Shown here: positions 50,101 through 62,440 of the stretch, piece by piece | Layout of the letters: the number at the start of each line of letters is the position of its first letter | Position numbering within the stretch: position 1 is the stretch's first letter | Assembly (NCBI RefSeq): GCF_006345805.1 | Contig: NC_043024.1 | Coordinates: 18,290,001-18,354,000 of the forward strand | From: Octopus sinensis | Taxonomy: Eukaryota | Reading direction: 5' to 3' | DNA: 64,000 nucleotides | Notes under the pieces: generated by a model | What the model was told of the DNA's origin: nothing | Seen by the model: the letters and a program-made list of their open reading frames with translations, nothing else | Database searches by the model: none | Made by a program: the position numbers and the translations under genes

Positions 50101-50802
50101 GAGATATATCTTACCTGTCTGCGGGGAAAGAAGATAATATTAATCAACGCTACACATGTTTCAGCACTGGTGGTTTGTTTTACCAGGCTATACCTAATAC
50201 ATAAATGCACCAGTGCATCCTCAGGCTATTTCCCTATTTTTATTATTATTATTAACAAATCAAACTTAATACTACAAATACTACTGAACCCGGAACCATG
50301 TGGTTGGTAAACAAGCTACTTACCACACAGTCACTCCTGTAGCAGTATATTTTTTATTTTGTACTTGTTTCAGTCTTTAGACTGTGGCCACACAGCCACT
50401 TCTTCACCTGACCAATTATTTGCACATAAATTTAACAACGAAGTCTTACATTGACTCTTAAGGGCCTTATGAGAACCACAGGGCTAGATGAGAACCACAG
50501 GGCTAGAGTGTAAACCATCATATGACGGCTAACTTTGGCAGTATACATTTGCCCTTATGGATGATATCAGAAGATACAGCATACATATGATGATTATTAT
50601 ATAACTTTTATCAAACTTCTTGCAGTTTATACGAAATGATGAAATGAATATTAATTTGTGAAAGGAAAATATTTATTGCATTAAAATAATATTAAATAAA
50701 AGTAATTTCTCATTTGTATATTTTTTACAATAAATGTTTGTTATTATTTTTCTAAATTTCACCAGTATAATCACAATCTACTCCATCAAAAATCTATTTT
50801 GG

Positions 50803-50965
50803 CACAGGAGTGGCTGTGTGGTAAGTAGCTTGCTTACCAACCACATGGTTCCGGGTTCATTCCCACTGCATGGCACCTTGGGCAAGTGTCTTCTACTATA
50901 GCCTTGAGCCCACCAAAGCCTTGTGTGTGGATTTGGTAGATGAAAACTGAAGAATCCTGTCGTAC

Positions 50966-51040
<75 letters not shown>

Positions 51041-51255
51041 GTAGGTGTGTTTGTGTTTGTCCCCCCAACATCGCTTGACAACCGAAGCTGGTGTGTTTAC
51101 GTCCCTGTAACTTAGCGGTTCGGCAACAGAGACCGATAGAATAAGTACTAGGCTTACAAAGAATAACTCCTGGGGGCGATTTGCTCGACTAAAATGCAGT
51201 GCTCCAGCATGGCCACCGTCAAATGACTGAAACAATTAAAAGAGTAAAAGAGTAT
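50803..51255 (+). mobile_element. SINE family S1
   Basis: Colinear with other S1 copies. Confidence 0.88.
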
Positions 51256-51399
51256 AGAATAAGTAAAATTTTACAAAACTTTATTAGACTCTCCTCCTTA
51301 ACTTTTGTTAACTCTGTCTCTGTCTCTCTCTTTCTGTGTTTCTTTTACTCCCTCTCTCCACCTTTCTGACATAAAGTGTGACTGGAAAAAACACCAAAC

Positions 51400-52590
51400 C
51401 AACCAACTAACTTACCAGATAACTGACCGATTGACTGATCAACTGACCAAACAATCACCCAACCAATCAACCAACTGACCAACCAACCGACTGACCAGTC
51501 AACCGACTAACTGACCAGACAGCCTACTGACTGACCGATCAACCAATCAACCAACCGACTGACAAACTGACCAATTAACTGATGAAGCGACCGAGTGAAC
51601 AACCAACTGACCGACCAACTGACCGACCAACCGACCGACCAACCGACCAACCAATTAACTAACCAACAAACTAACTGACCAACAAACTACTGACTGACCA
51701 ATCAACCCACTGACCAACCAACAAATCAAGTGATCAGTTAACTACCCAACCAACCAACTGACCGAGTGACTGACTAACCAACCAACTGATTGACCAACTG
51801 GCCAATCAACTGACCGACCAACAAACCTACTGACTAGCCAGTCAACCAACCAACCAGCCAACCAACCAAGCAATTGACCAGCTAACTGACCAGCCAACTG
51901 ACTGACTAACTGACAAACCAACCAACTGACCGACTGACTGACCAACTAACCAACCAACCAGCCAGCCAACCAGTCAACTGACTGACCAACTAACAAACCA
52001 ATTGAGTGACCAACAAACATATTGACTGACCAATCAACTAACTGACCAACCAACTGACCAACTAACCAACCAGCCAACCAGCCAACTGACTGACCAACGG
52101 ACAAACCAACCAACTGAGCGACCAACAAACATACTGACTGACCAAGCAACTAACTGACCAACCAACTGACTGAGCAACTGACCATCTAACCAACCAACCA
52201 ACCAGCCAGCCAACCAGCCAACCAGTCAACTGACTGACCAACTAACAAACCAATTGAGTGACCAACAAACATATCGACTGACCAATCAACTAACTGACCA
52301 ACCAACTGACCAACTAACCAACCAGCCAACCAGCCAACCAGCCAACTGACTGACCAACGGACAAACCAACCAACTGAGCGACCAACAAACATACTGACTG
52401 ACCAATCAACTAACTGACCAACCAACTGACCGAGCAACTGACCAACTAACAACCAACCAACCAGCCAACCAGCCAACTGACTGACCAACTGACAAACCAA
52501 CCAACTGAGTGACCAACAAACATACTGACTGACCAACCAACTGACCGAGCAACCAACCAACTGACCAACGAACTAACCAACCAGCCAACC
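51400..52590 (+). repeat. Mosaic ACCA/ACTG/ACTA tetranucleotide satellite with ~250-bp internal duplication
   Basis: Landmark AAACCAATTGAGTGACC at ~51995 and ~52246. Confidence 0.85.
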
Positions 52591-52929
52591 GGTATTTATA
52601 TCAATTACTTTCATCAAATGGTTATTATTAAAAGTTTATTGATTTATTAAAGTCAAGGGAACCTTTAATTATGATTGTGATTCACCTGTAATGCGTCTCA
52701 CCTCTAAAGTTCTGTCATTAATTGTGGTAAAGTGCTTGGCCAGTGGAGCTTCCATTACATGTTTCATTCGTGCATCATTGTCGTTGTTGTTGTTGTCATA
52801 GTGTCATCAATGTCACTGTTGCCTTTGTTGTTGTTGTTGTTGTCGTTAACACCCTCCTTGTCATCATCACCATCATCATAACTAACAATCATCATAATTG
52901 TCATTGCCATTATATCATCACCAAAAATC

Positions 52930-53825
52930 ATCATCATCGTCATCATCCTCGTCATCATCATCACTGTTGTTATCATCATTGTCGCCATCACCATCATCAT
53001 CATCATTGTCATCATCATCATCATTGTCATCATCATCATCATTGTCATCATCATCATCAATCACCATCAATCATCATCATCGTCAGCATCATCATCCTCG
53101 TAATCATCATCACTGTTGTTATCATCATTGTCGTCATCATTGTCATCATCATCATCATCATCATCATCAATCACCATCAATCATCATCGTCATCAGCGTC
53201 ATCATCGTCGTAATCAGCATCACTGTTGATATCATCACTGTCGTCATCGTCATCATCATCTGCATTGTCATCATCATCATCAGTCACCATCAATCATCAT
53301 CAGCGTCTTCATCCTTGTAATCATCATCACTGTTGTTATCATCATTGTCATCATCATCATCATCATTGTCATCATCATCATCAATCACCATCAATCATCA
53401 TCATGATCAGTGTCATCATCCGCGTAATCATCATCACTGTTGTTATCATCATCATTGTCATTGTCATCATCGTCATCAATCACCATCACTCATCATCAGC
53501 GTCATCATCCTTGTAATCATCATCACTGTTGTTATCATCATCATTGTCATCATCATCTGCATTGTCATCATCATCACTGTTGTTACCATCATTGTTGTCA
53601 TCATCATCATCATCTTCATCATCATTGTCTTCATCATCTGCATTGTCATCATTATCATCATCAATCACCATCAATCATCATCATCATCAGTGTCATCATC
53701 CTCGTAATCATCATCACTGTTGTTATCATCATCGTTGTCATCATCATCATCATCTGCATTGTCATCATTATCATCACCACCATCACCATCATCAATCATC
53801 ATCATCCTTACCATCATCATTTTAA
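52930..53825 (+). repeat. (CAT)n-derived minisatellite, ~100-115-bp period
   Basis: Recurrent ATCACCATCAATC and GTAATCATCATCACTGTTGTTATC landmarks. Confidence 0.85.
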
Positions 53826-54221
53826 TCTCCTCTTTCCAATGCTTGCCTGAGACAGATGGAAATTGCTGAGGCTGTATCCCTACAGCTGGATGCCCTTCCT
53901 GTCACCAACCCTCACCTGTTTCCAAGCAAGCTAAGATTTCCTTCCCCATGGACAGACATGTTTATTACGGAATGTAACACAATTTTTAATCTTTGGATTT
54001 TTAATTACGCTAAGCCACTGGTTTTAATTGATTAATATCAATTTCTACCAGGATTTTTTAATAATAATAATAATAATAATAATAATATATATAGTGAGAA
54101 TCGCTATTTCTGTAATCCTTATGGCCAGTCCATCGGATGATTAAAACTTCCATAACACTGTCCAAGTTAACCCTCTTCACCAACACAAACCGTCCAGTGG
54201 ATGAGGGAGAGGCGTTTGCTA

Positions 54222-54270
<49 letters not shown>

Positions 54271-54345
54271 GTATATATATATATAAGTAATGCAATACAA
54301 AGTATTGCCTTCCAGTAAAAAGTAGCCCGTGAGGGAAAAATACAC

Positions 54346-54701
54346 AAATTAGTAAATAAATGGCACAACTAAGTACCGATATTTACTGAAATAGCGAACG
54401 TAAAAATACGACGCTAATGTGTAGCTTCACCGTGTATGTATTAGCAAAAATGCGTGTGTGCAACAAATTAGAGAAAAAAAAACCGTCTTACCTCCAGGGA
54501 GAACATCTGAAAGATGAAACACCCGGGTGTTTCATCTTTCAGATGTTCTCCTGGAGGTAAGACGGTTTTTTTTCTCTAATTTGTTGCCACACGCATTTTT
54601 GCTAATACTCACGCGGTGAAGCTACACATTAGCGTCGTTATTTTTACGTTCGCTATTTCAGTAAATATCGGTACTTAGTTGTGCCATTTATTTACTAATT
54701 T
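54346..54701. repeat. Spacer-less ~178-bp-arm palindrome
   Basis: Centre ACACCC|GGGTGT at 54524/54525; about 7 differences between arms. Confidence 0.93.
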
Positions 54702-54794
54702 ATATATATATATATATATACATACACACACATATATATACATATATATATATATATAAACATACACACATATATATATATACATATATACATA

Positions 54795-54976
54795 TCATCA
54801 TCATCATCATTTAACGTCCACTTTCCATGCTGGCATGGGTTGGACGATTGACTGAGGGCTGGCGAACCAGATGGCTGCACCAGGTTTCAATCTTGATCTG
54901 GCAGAGTTTCCTCAGCTGGATGCCCTTCCTAACATCATCCAGCTGAAGAAACTCTGCCAGATCAAGATTGAAACCT
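54795..54976 (-). mobile_element. RTE 3'-tail element with 5' fold-back
   Basis: (GAT)n tail at ~54795-54810; 41-bp inverted arms 54882-54922 and 54936-54976. Confidence 0.8.
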
Positions 54977-54977
54977 T

Positions 54978-55280
54978 GGAGGCGCAATGGCCTAGTGGTT
55001 AGGGCAGCGGACTTGCGGTCGCAGGATCGTGCTTTCGATTCCCAGACCGGGCGTTGTGAGTGTTTATTGAGCGAAAATGCCTGAAGCTCCACGAAGCTCC
55101 AGCAGGGGGTGGTGATCCCTGCTGTACTCTTTCACCACTCTTTCTCCCACTCTTTCTTCTGTTGGCCTGCTCGCTTAGCCAGCGGGGTGGCGTCATTCGA
55201 AGGCTAAAACAACGCAAACGCATTGTGACCAGCTATGTGTAACAACATCTGATGGTCTGGTCGGTCACGTGATCACGTGA
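54978..55280 (+). mobile_element. tRNA-derived SINE related to S3
   Basis: GGAGGCGCAATGGCCTAGTGGTTAGGGCAGC..TTTCGATTCCC head; ends CACGTGATCACGTGA then (TA)n. Confidence 0.75.
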
Positions 55281-55859
55281 TATATATATATACACACACA
55301 CACACATAGACGCACATATTCATACATAGAGAAATGTATATATAAACTTTGAATACATTAGCAGTTCAATGACTTTTTCACCAACTCCATTTGCAGTTTT
55401 TGAATCTACAATAAACAAATAAAACAATTGTAAATATAAATATACATACATGCATACATACATATACATACATGCACCCACACACACACACACTCACATA
55501 TATATATATACACACACATACATAAACATACATATATATACATACACACACATACATACATATATATACACACATAAACATACATACATACATACATACA
55601 TACACACATATATAAGTGTATGTATATGTGTGTGTTTATACATCCACACATCTATACACACATAACATAAAAATGAAATGGAGAAGTAAATAAACAAAAC
55701 AATTGATTTTAACAGCTTTTTTCTCTCCCATTCTCTTTTGCCTTCAGACAATAAAAGTCTTCAGGCCACACAGATATACACACACCTTTCTATGAGTTTT
55801 ATTTAAAATAAAAAAAATCTACCAAACTTAAGAATGGAAACATGATACTATCTATTACA

Positions 55860-55885
55860 GCTATTCTTCTTCTTATTATTATTAC

Positions 55886-55939
<54 letters not shown>

Positions 55940-55992
55940 TGTTATTGTTATTGTTATTATTGATATTATTATTATTATTATTATCATTATTA

Positions 55993-56024
<32 letters not shown>

Positions 56025-56247
56025 GTTATTATTATTATTATTATTATTGTTGTTGTTGTTATTATTATTATTATTATTATTGTTATTATTACTATTATTG
56101 TTATTATTATTGTTGTTATTAATATTATTATTATTATTATTATTACTATTATTGCTATTATTATTGTTGTTATTATTATTATTATTATCATTATTATTAT
56201 TATTATCATCATTATTATTATTATTATTGTTATTGTTATTACTGTTA

Positions 56248-56308
<61 letters not shown>

Positions 56309-56310
56309 CA
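55860..56310 (+). repeat. (TTA)n microsatellite followed by an S2 SINE head
   Basis: Direct inspection. Confidence 0.95.
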
Positions 56311-56448
56311 TATAAGGCAGTGAGCTGGCAGAGTCGTTAGCATGCTGGATGAAATGCTTAGCAGTATCTCACTCATCGCTATGCTCTGTGTTCAAATTCC
56401 ATCAAGGTTGACCTTGTCTTTCATCCTTTCAGAGTCAATGAAACAAGC

Positions 56449-56997
56449 ACCTGCAGAGATGCTCAAAATATCTGGCAGTGTCAGCTATAGCCTAGTCACC
56501 TGTATAATTAACCAGGTGTCATACCCAATGATGTAGCAGCACCATAGTCAATTGCTACAAATGTAATGGCGATGCTTTAGATACAGATAATTACAGAGGT
56601 ATCAAGTTGTTGGATCAGGTAATGAAGGTTACGGAGAGGGTCATGGCCTAACTAATTAGGGAGAGAGTCAGTTTAGATGAGATGCAGTTTGGGTTCGTGC
56701 CAGGGAAAAGCACCACTGATGCCATACTTCTGGTAAGACAGCTGCCGGAGAAATACCTTGCCAAAGATAAACCTCTGTGCCTGGCTTTTGTTGACATGGA
56801 GAAAGCCTTTGACAGGGTCCCCTGATCCCTTATCTTGGTGGTCAATGAGTGTTATTACCTGGCGGACTATGATAAATAGGAGGAGGCTGAGGACTGAACC
56901 TTGGTGGACCCCTACCTGGAATTCTTCACTGTACTCATTGCCAACCCTCACCTTACTGATAGCGTCCCTGTACATGGCTTGCACAGCTCTCACTAAA
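56449..56997. mobile_element. RTE LINE RT fragment with internal inversion
   Basis: Plus strand to ..LAFVDMEKAFDRVP (56449-56832); minus strand LVRAVQAMYRDA..HQGSVLSLLLF (56833-56997). Confidence 0.8.
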
Positions 56998-57002
56998 ATC
57001 AT

Positions 57003-57110
57003 AGCCCATAGCCCATCTTTCACACCAAGATAAAACATGTACATGATAACACTTCTAATCAATTAAGATCAGAAGACATGAGAGCCACTGCCTGATACTG
57101 CATCAGGTTA
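57003..57110 (-). mobile_element. 5' portion of element B
   Basis: Minus strand AATAAATAACCTGATGCAGTATCAGGCAGTGGCTCTC.. Confidence 0.75.
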
Positions 57111-57597
57111 TTTATTATTGTTATTATTATTATTCAACATTCGGTAGTTTCAAGAAAATTTCGATTGCATCACCTCCTACACCTCTGTGTTGCCGGGGTG
57201 TGTGCAGTGTTGCATGTTCTTTTCTGTTGTTGGGAGTGTGTGAACTCCTCCTGGTATTGCATCAGTTTCCTTTCTCTTGAGCTATGGTGCAGTTATTTGT
57301 TGTATTGCTGCTTGTATTGAGTATTGAGTGTGTAATGCATTGGTTAACTAGCTTGCTGGTGGAAGTTTATTTCATTGGATATTTACTGTATAGAGTGGGT
57401 CTTGTGCTTGTGGATTGTTTTCTTTAAGTTGTATTACTGAATTGATAGTGTCTTGCATAGGATGTGGCCTGTTCCAAGCAGGGCTATTTTTTGGATAGTG
57501 TGTAGTGTTGAGAATCCAGGTAGAGCTTCTATGTTTTTGTTCATATATTTTTCTTAACATGTTCAGTGTTCCAATTATTATTGGGGTATTGTTTTCA

Positions 57598-58620
57598 CCT
57601 TCTTCTTCTTCTTCTTCTTCTTCTTCTTCTTCTTCTTCTTCTTCTTCTTCTTCTTCTTCTTCTTTCTCCTTCTTTTTCTTCTTCTTCTTCTTCTTCTCTT
57701 ACTCCTCCTTCTCCTCCTTCTTTTCCTTCTTCTTCTTCTTCTTACTACGACGTTGACGACGACGACAACCACCACCACCACCACCACCATCACAACCACC
57801 ACCACTACCACCACCACCACCACCACCACACCACCACCACCACCACACCACCACCCCCACTACACCACCACCACCACCACCACCACCACCACCACAACAC
57901 TCCACCACCACCACAACCACCACCACCACAACACCACCACACCACCACCACACCACCACCACCAACACTACCACCACCACCACAACTACTGCTACTTTAT
58001 ATTTTTGTTGTTGTTATTCCTAATATTCTTGTGCCGTTCATTTTCCATTCTCCACCCCCGTCCTCTTCCAAATATCCCCTTCTCCAGTATCAGAGACCAT
58101 TTCCTCAGAGCCATTCAACCATTCTTCCAATACCTTTCTGGCATTATACATGGCAAACCAAATATTGCAATGGCGTTTTAGAATGCATTTAATAACCTAT
58201 GTTCTGAGACACACCATGTTGTTGTTGTAGTTGTAGTTTGCATTGCTATCATACTAGTGGGAGTAGTAGTGGTGGTGGTGGTGGTGGTGCTAGTTGTAGT
58301 AGCAGTAGTAGTAGTTGCAGTGGTGGTGGTGGTGGTGGTGGTGGTGGTGGTAGTGGTGGTGGTGGTGGTGCTAGTTGTAGTAGCAGTAGTAGTAGTTGCA
58401 GTGGTGGTGGTGGTGGTGCTAGTTGTAGTAGTAGTAGTAGTTGCAGTGGTGGTGGTGGTGGTGCTAGTTGTAGTAGTAGTAGTAGCAGTGGTGGTGGTGG
58501 TGCTAGTTGTAGTAGTAGTAGTAGTAGCAGTAGTAGTTGCAGTGGTGGTGGTGGTGCTAGTTGTAGTATAGTAGCAGTAGTAGTAGTTTTCAGTGGTGGT
58601 GGTGGTGGCTAGTTGTAGTA
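57598..58620. repeat. (CTT)n, (CCA)n and (GGT/GTA)n tracts with a short unique spacer
   Basis: Direct inspection. Confidence 0.9.
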
Positions 58621-58720
58621 NNNNNNNNNNNNNNNNNNNNNNNNNNNNNNNNNNNNNNNNNNNNNNNNNNNNNNNNNNNNNNNNNNNNNNNNNNNNNNNN
58701 NNNNNNNNNNNNNNNNNNNN
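58621..58720. other. Assembly gap (100 N)
   Basis: Run of N; adjacency across it is not guaranteed. Confidence 0.99.
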
Positions 58721-58752
58721 AGAATGAATAAAACTTGTAGAGTCCAACATGG

Positions 58753-58812
<60 letters not shown>

Positions 58813-58849
58813 GTGATGTGATGATGATGATGATGATGATATATAGATG

Positions 58850-59300
58850 TAAATAGGAGAACGAACCCCTACCATCCTCCAGGAGATGACAGGATCATGA
58901 AACAGATTCAGTTTCGAGCTAGTTGACTCATCCTCAGTCGTGAACACCTGTTGGCAATGTTCAGGATGCAGTGCTACCCTGATAACCAGTTGGTAAAAGA
59001 TCTGCCTGGGGTTAAACAAGTAGTAACACTGAACGGCCACATTGATGTGATGATTACCTTTATTGGTTAGTATAGTTACCACTCTCGTGTCTTATTGTGA
59101 TTTTATAACTAACTATTTTGCCTGTTGCAAATCAGTAACCAATGGTCACTCTGTTTACAATTTATTACTAGATGGACTAAACTCTGGCTCCCTGGCATCC
59201 AGGTGTTTGTGATTGAGGTTAAGCAAACTAGCTTGAAGCTGAATCAGTTTCATGATCCAGTTGTCTGCTGGAGGATGGTAGGGGATCGCTCCCCTGCTGG
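58850..59300. mobile_element. PLE RT remnants in both orientations
   Basis: 58960-59085 resembles 46190-46320; ~93-bp diverged inverted pair 58857-58950 and 59200-59293 encoding ..DNWIMKLIQLQASLL.. Confidence 0.5.
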
Positions 59301-59530
59301 CAATATATATGTTCACGGTGCAGTGCTGCACCAATAACCAATGTGTGTGTGTGTGGTTTTGTCTGTGTTTCTCTCCAACTACCACTCGACTATTGCTGTT
59401 GGTGTGTTTATGTCCCTGTAACCTAGTGGTTCAGCAAAAGAGACTGCCTGGGGTTAAACTAGTAGTAACATGGAACAACCACATTGAGGTGGCAATTAAC
59501 TTTACTTACACACAGACACACAGACACACA

Positions 59531-59582
<52 letters not shown>

Positions 59583-59849
59583 TATACACAAATATGTATC
59601 TTGTTTTTTATTTGTTTCAGGTTTTAGACGCTGGAGTCCCATGAAGAATTTTTGGTTGAATGATTTGACCCCAAAACTTTTTTTTTGTATTCTTTAAAGC
59701 CTGGTATTTACTCTACTGGTCCCTTTCACTGAATTGCTTAGTTACGTGACATAAACACACCAACACCCGTTGTCAAGCAGTGGTTGGGGACAGACACAAA
59801 CACAAAGACAAAAACACTCATTCATATATATACATGTATTATATATATC

Positions 59850-59882
<33 letters not shown>

Positions 59883-60161
59883 AATATCTTATGTACACAT
59901 ATAAAAACACACAAATGATCTGTCAGTTTTCATCTACCTAATCCACTTGCAGTAGTTTGTTTGGCCTGAGGCTATAGCAGAAGACACTTGCCCAAGATGT
60001 CACACAATGGAACTGAACCCAGAACCATGTGGCTGGGAACCATGATTCCTGCCACACAGTCACGTTATTTATATATATATATATATATATATAAGAATTT
60101 TTTGCGTAATAAGATAAAAAAACCAAGGCTGTATAGGTATTAGAACATTTATAGATAGAAG

Positions 60162-60213
60162 GTCTTACAGCTGTTTCTAGGATATTTATTAATTATATCC
60201 CTTCATCGGAGAC
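60162..60213 (-). ncRNA. Family H1 hammerhead, core mutated (CCGATGA)
   Basis: Minus strand GTCT-CCGATGA-A-GGGATA..TATCCTA-GAAACAGCTGTA-AGAC. Confidence 0.55.
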
Positions 60214-60389
60214 GGTGTGAGAGGAAATATTAAGTCATAGTTAATTTATATACACACGCTGACATAGAACCAACGTTGAACCCTTTATTCGCAATATTAC
60301 CGAATCTGGAACTTAACTATGGTCTGTCTATAGCACTTATTCAGCATTACCTGACACCTTTGGGTCTAAATAACACCATTATCTCTTCA

Positions 60390-61056
60390 TCATCATCATC
60401 ATCATCGTTTAACGTCCGTTCTCCATGCTAGCATGGGTTGGACGGTTCGACCGGGGATCTGGGAAGCCAGAAGGCTGCACCAGGCTCCGGTCTTATCTGG
60501 CAATGTTTCTACAGCTGGATGCCCTTCCTAACGCCAACCACTTTGTGAGTGTAGTGGGTGCTTTTTACGTGCCACCTGCACTGGAGCCAGGCGAGGCTGG
60601 CATTGGCCATGGTCGGATTGGCGCATTTTACGTGCCACCTGCACAGAAGCCAGTCGAGGTGGCATTGGCTTCGGCTACGATTCGGATGGTGCTTTTTACG
60701 TGCCACCGACATGGAAGCCAGTCGAGGCGGCGCTGGCATCGGCCACGATTCGGATAGTGCTTTTTACGTATCTCCAGTCCAGGGGTCCTGGCATCTGCCA
60801 GGTGCCAGTCATAGGATTGGTTCAATTTCGATTCTGATTTCGATTTCACTTGCCCCAACAGGTCTTCACATGCATAGGTGCCTGTCATCGGATGAGGTTC
60901 GATATCGACTTCGCTTGCCTCAACAGGTCTTTGTGTGTCCAAGGGAGGAAAGGCATGCATAAGTGGGCTGGACTCACTTGTCCTGCCTGGTCTTTTCACA
61001 CACAGCATATTTCCAAAGGTCTCGGTCGCAGGTCAGACCTTTGGAAATATGCTGTG
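60390..61056 (-). mobile_element. RTE LINE 3' end with ~68-bp tandem UTR repeats and 5' fold-back
   Basis: DRDLWKYAVCEKTRQDK*; GGTGGCACGTAAAAAGCACC repeats; (GAT)n tail; 22-bp hairpin 61001-61056. Confidence 0.85.
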
Positions 61057-61057
61057 C

Positions 61058-61093
<36 letters not shown>

Positions 61094-61449
61094 TGGACTC
61101 TCCTGCTGAAAATGACACATGGTTATTGTGATCAAATGATCGTGCCACACATTAGCTCACTCTCTCTCCATCAAATCGATGTTGTCTGAACAGGTGCACG
61201 GTGTATCATGTGACAGGTGTTGAAGTGATCACAGTGCAATGGGAAAGAAAGTGCTTTGCTCAAGAACACAAGGCACCACCCTGTCTTGGAATTGAAACCA
61301 TGATCTGGTGATCATGAGTGTAACACTCTAACCACATATGTATATATGAGCATATATATGTATCTATCTATCTATCTATCAATCTATCTATCTATCTATC
61401 TATCAATATATATATATATATTATTATATAGATAGAGAGAGAGAGAGAG

Positions 61450-61810
61450 AGATTGTTACCAGTGTCGCCTTACTGGCGCATGTGCCGGTGGCATGGAAAA
61501 GTAGACAAAACTAAAAGGATAACAAGGTACATACTGGCACATGTGCCGGTAGCATGTGTAAAAAGATTCATGCGAGGTCGTTGCCAGTACTGCCTGACTG
61601 GCCCTCGTGCCAGTGGCATTTAAAGGCACCCACTACACTCTCGGAGTGGTTGGTGTTTGGAAGGGCATCCAGCTGTAGAAACTCTGCCAGATCAAGATTG
61701 GAGCCTGGTGCAACCATCTGGTTCGCCAATCCTCAGTCAAATCATCCAACCCATGCTAGCATGGAAATCGGACATTAAACAATGATGATGATGATGATGA
61801 TGATGATGAT
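61450..61810 (+). mobile_element. RTE 3'-tail element
   Basis: GTGCCGGTGGCA.. units, GGAAGGGCATCCAGCTGTAGAAAC, (GAT)n tail. Confidence 0.8.
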
Positions 61811-62129
61811 ATATATATATATATGTGTGTATGTATGTATGTACATTGTTATCATTATGATTTTGTCTACTTTTCCATGTCTACATTGGAATGGCTCTAA
61901 TGGGGCTTATTGAGGCAAACTTTGTATACCCTTCTTGTCTTCAACTTATATTTGTTTCCAAAGAAGGCAATATTTCTCCACGACCAAATAAGTTCTTATA
62001 GAAAGAAAACTGTTAATCAAAGCCATGGTCTGGCAATTCTAGCTGCAATACCCAAACCATTCGGTCACTTTCCCTCACATACAGACATAACACATGTATG
62101 AAATAAAATTTAAACTACAGTCCACCGCT

Positions 62130-62440
62130 GCCAAGTGTTATTGGCCGATGCCAGCGCCGCCTTGGCTGGCTTCCGTGCCGGTGGCACGTTAAAAGCACCA
62201 ACCAATCATGGCTGATGCCAGACTCCCCTGGCACGTAAAAAGCACCCACTACACTCGCAGAGTGGTTGGCGTTAGGAAGGGCATCCGGCTGTAGAAACAC
62301 TGCCAGATCAGACTGGAGCCTGGTGCAGCCTCTGGCTTCCCAGACCCTGGTCGAACCGTTCAACCCGTGCTAGCGCAGAAAACGGATGTTAAACGATGAT
62401 GATGATGATGATGATGATGTGATGATGATGATGATGATTC
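62130..62440 (+). mobile_element. RTE 3'-tail element
   Basis: Same motifs and (GAT)n tail. Confidence 0.8.

Noticed and set aside
54978-55060. tRNA gene
   Set aside because: A and B boxes are present but there is no matching acceptor-stem 3' strand and it runs into a SINE body; the same applies to all S1-S4 heads.
60557-60770. CRISPR-like repeat/spacer pattern around GTGCTTTTTACGTGCCACC
   Set aside because: The intervening segments are homologous to one another; it is a diverged tandem repeat in an RTE 3' UTR.
61492-61879. Templated inverted insertion (19-bp exact match of 61492-61510 to 61861-61879)
   Set aside because: Both segments resemble the RTE-tail terminus GCATGGAAAAG..GAC, so family similarity explains the match.
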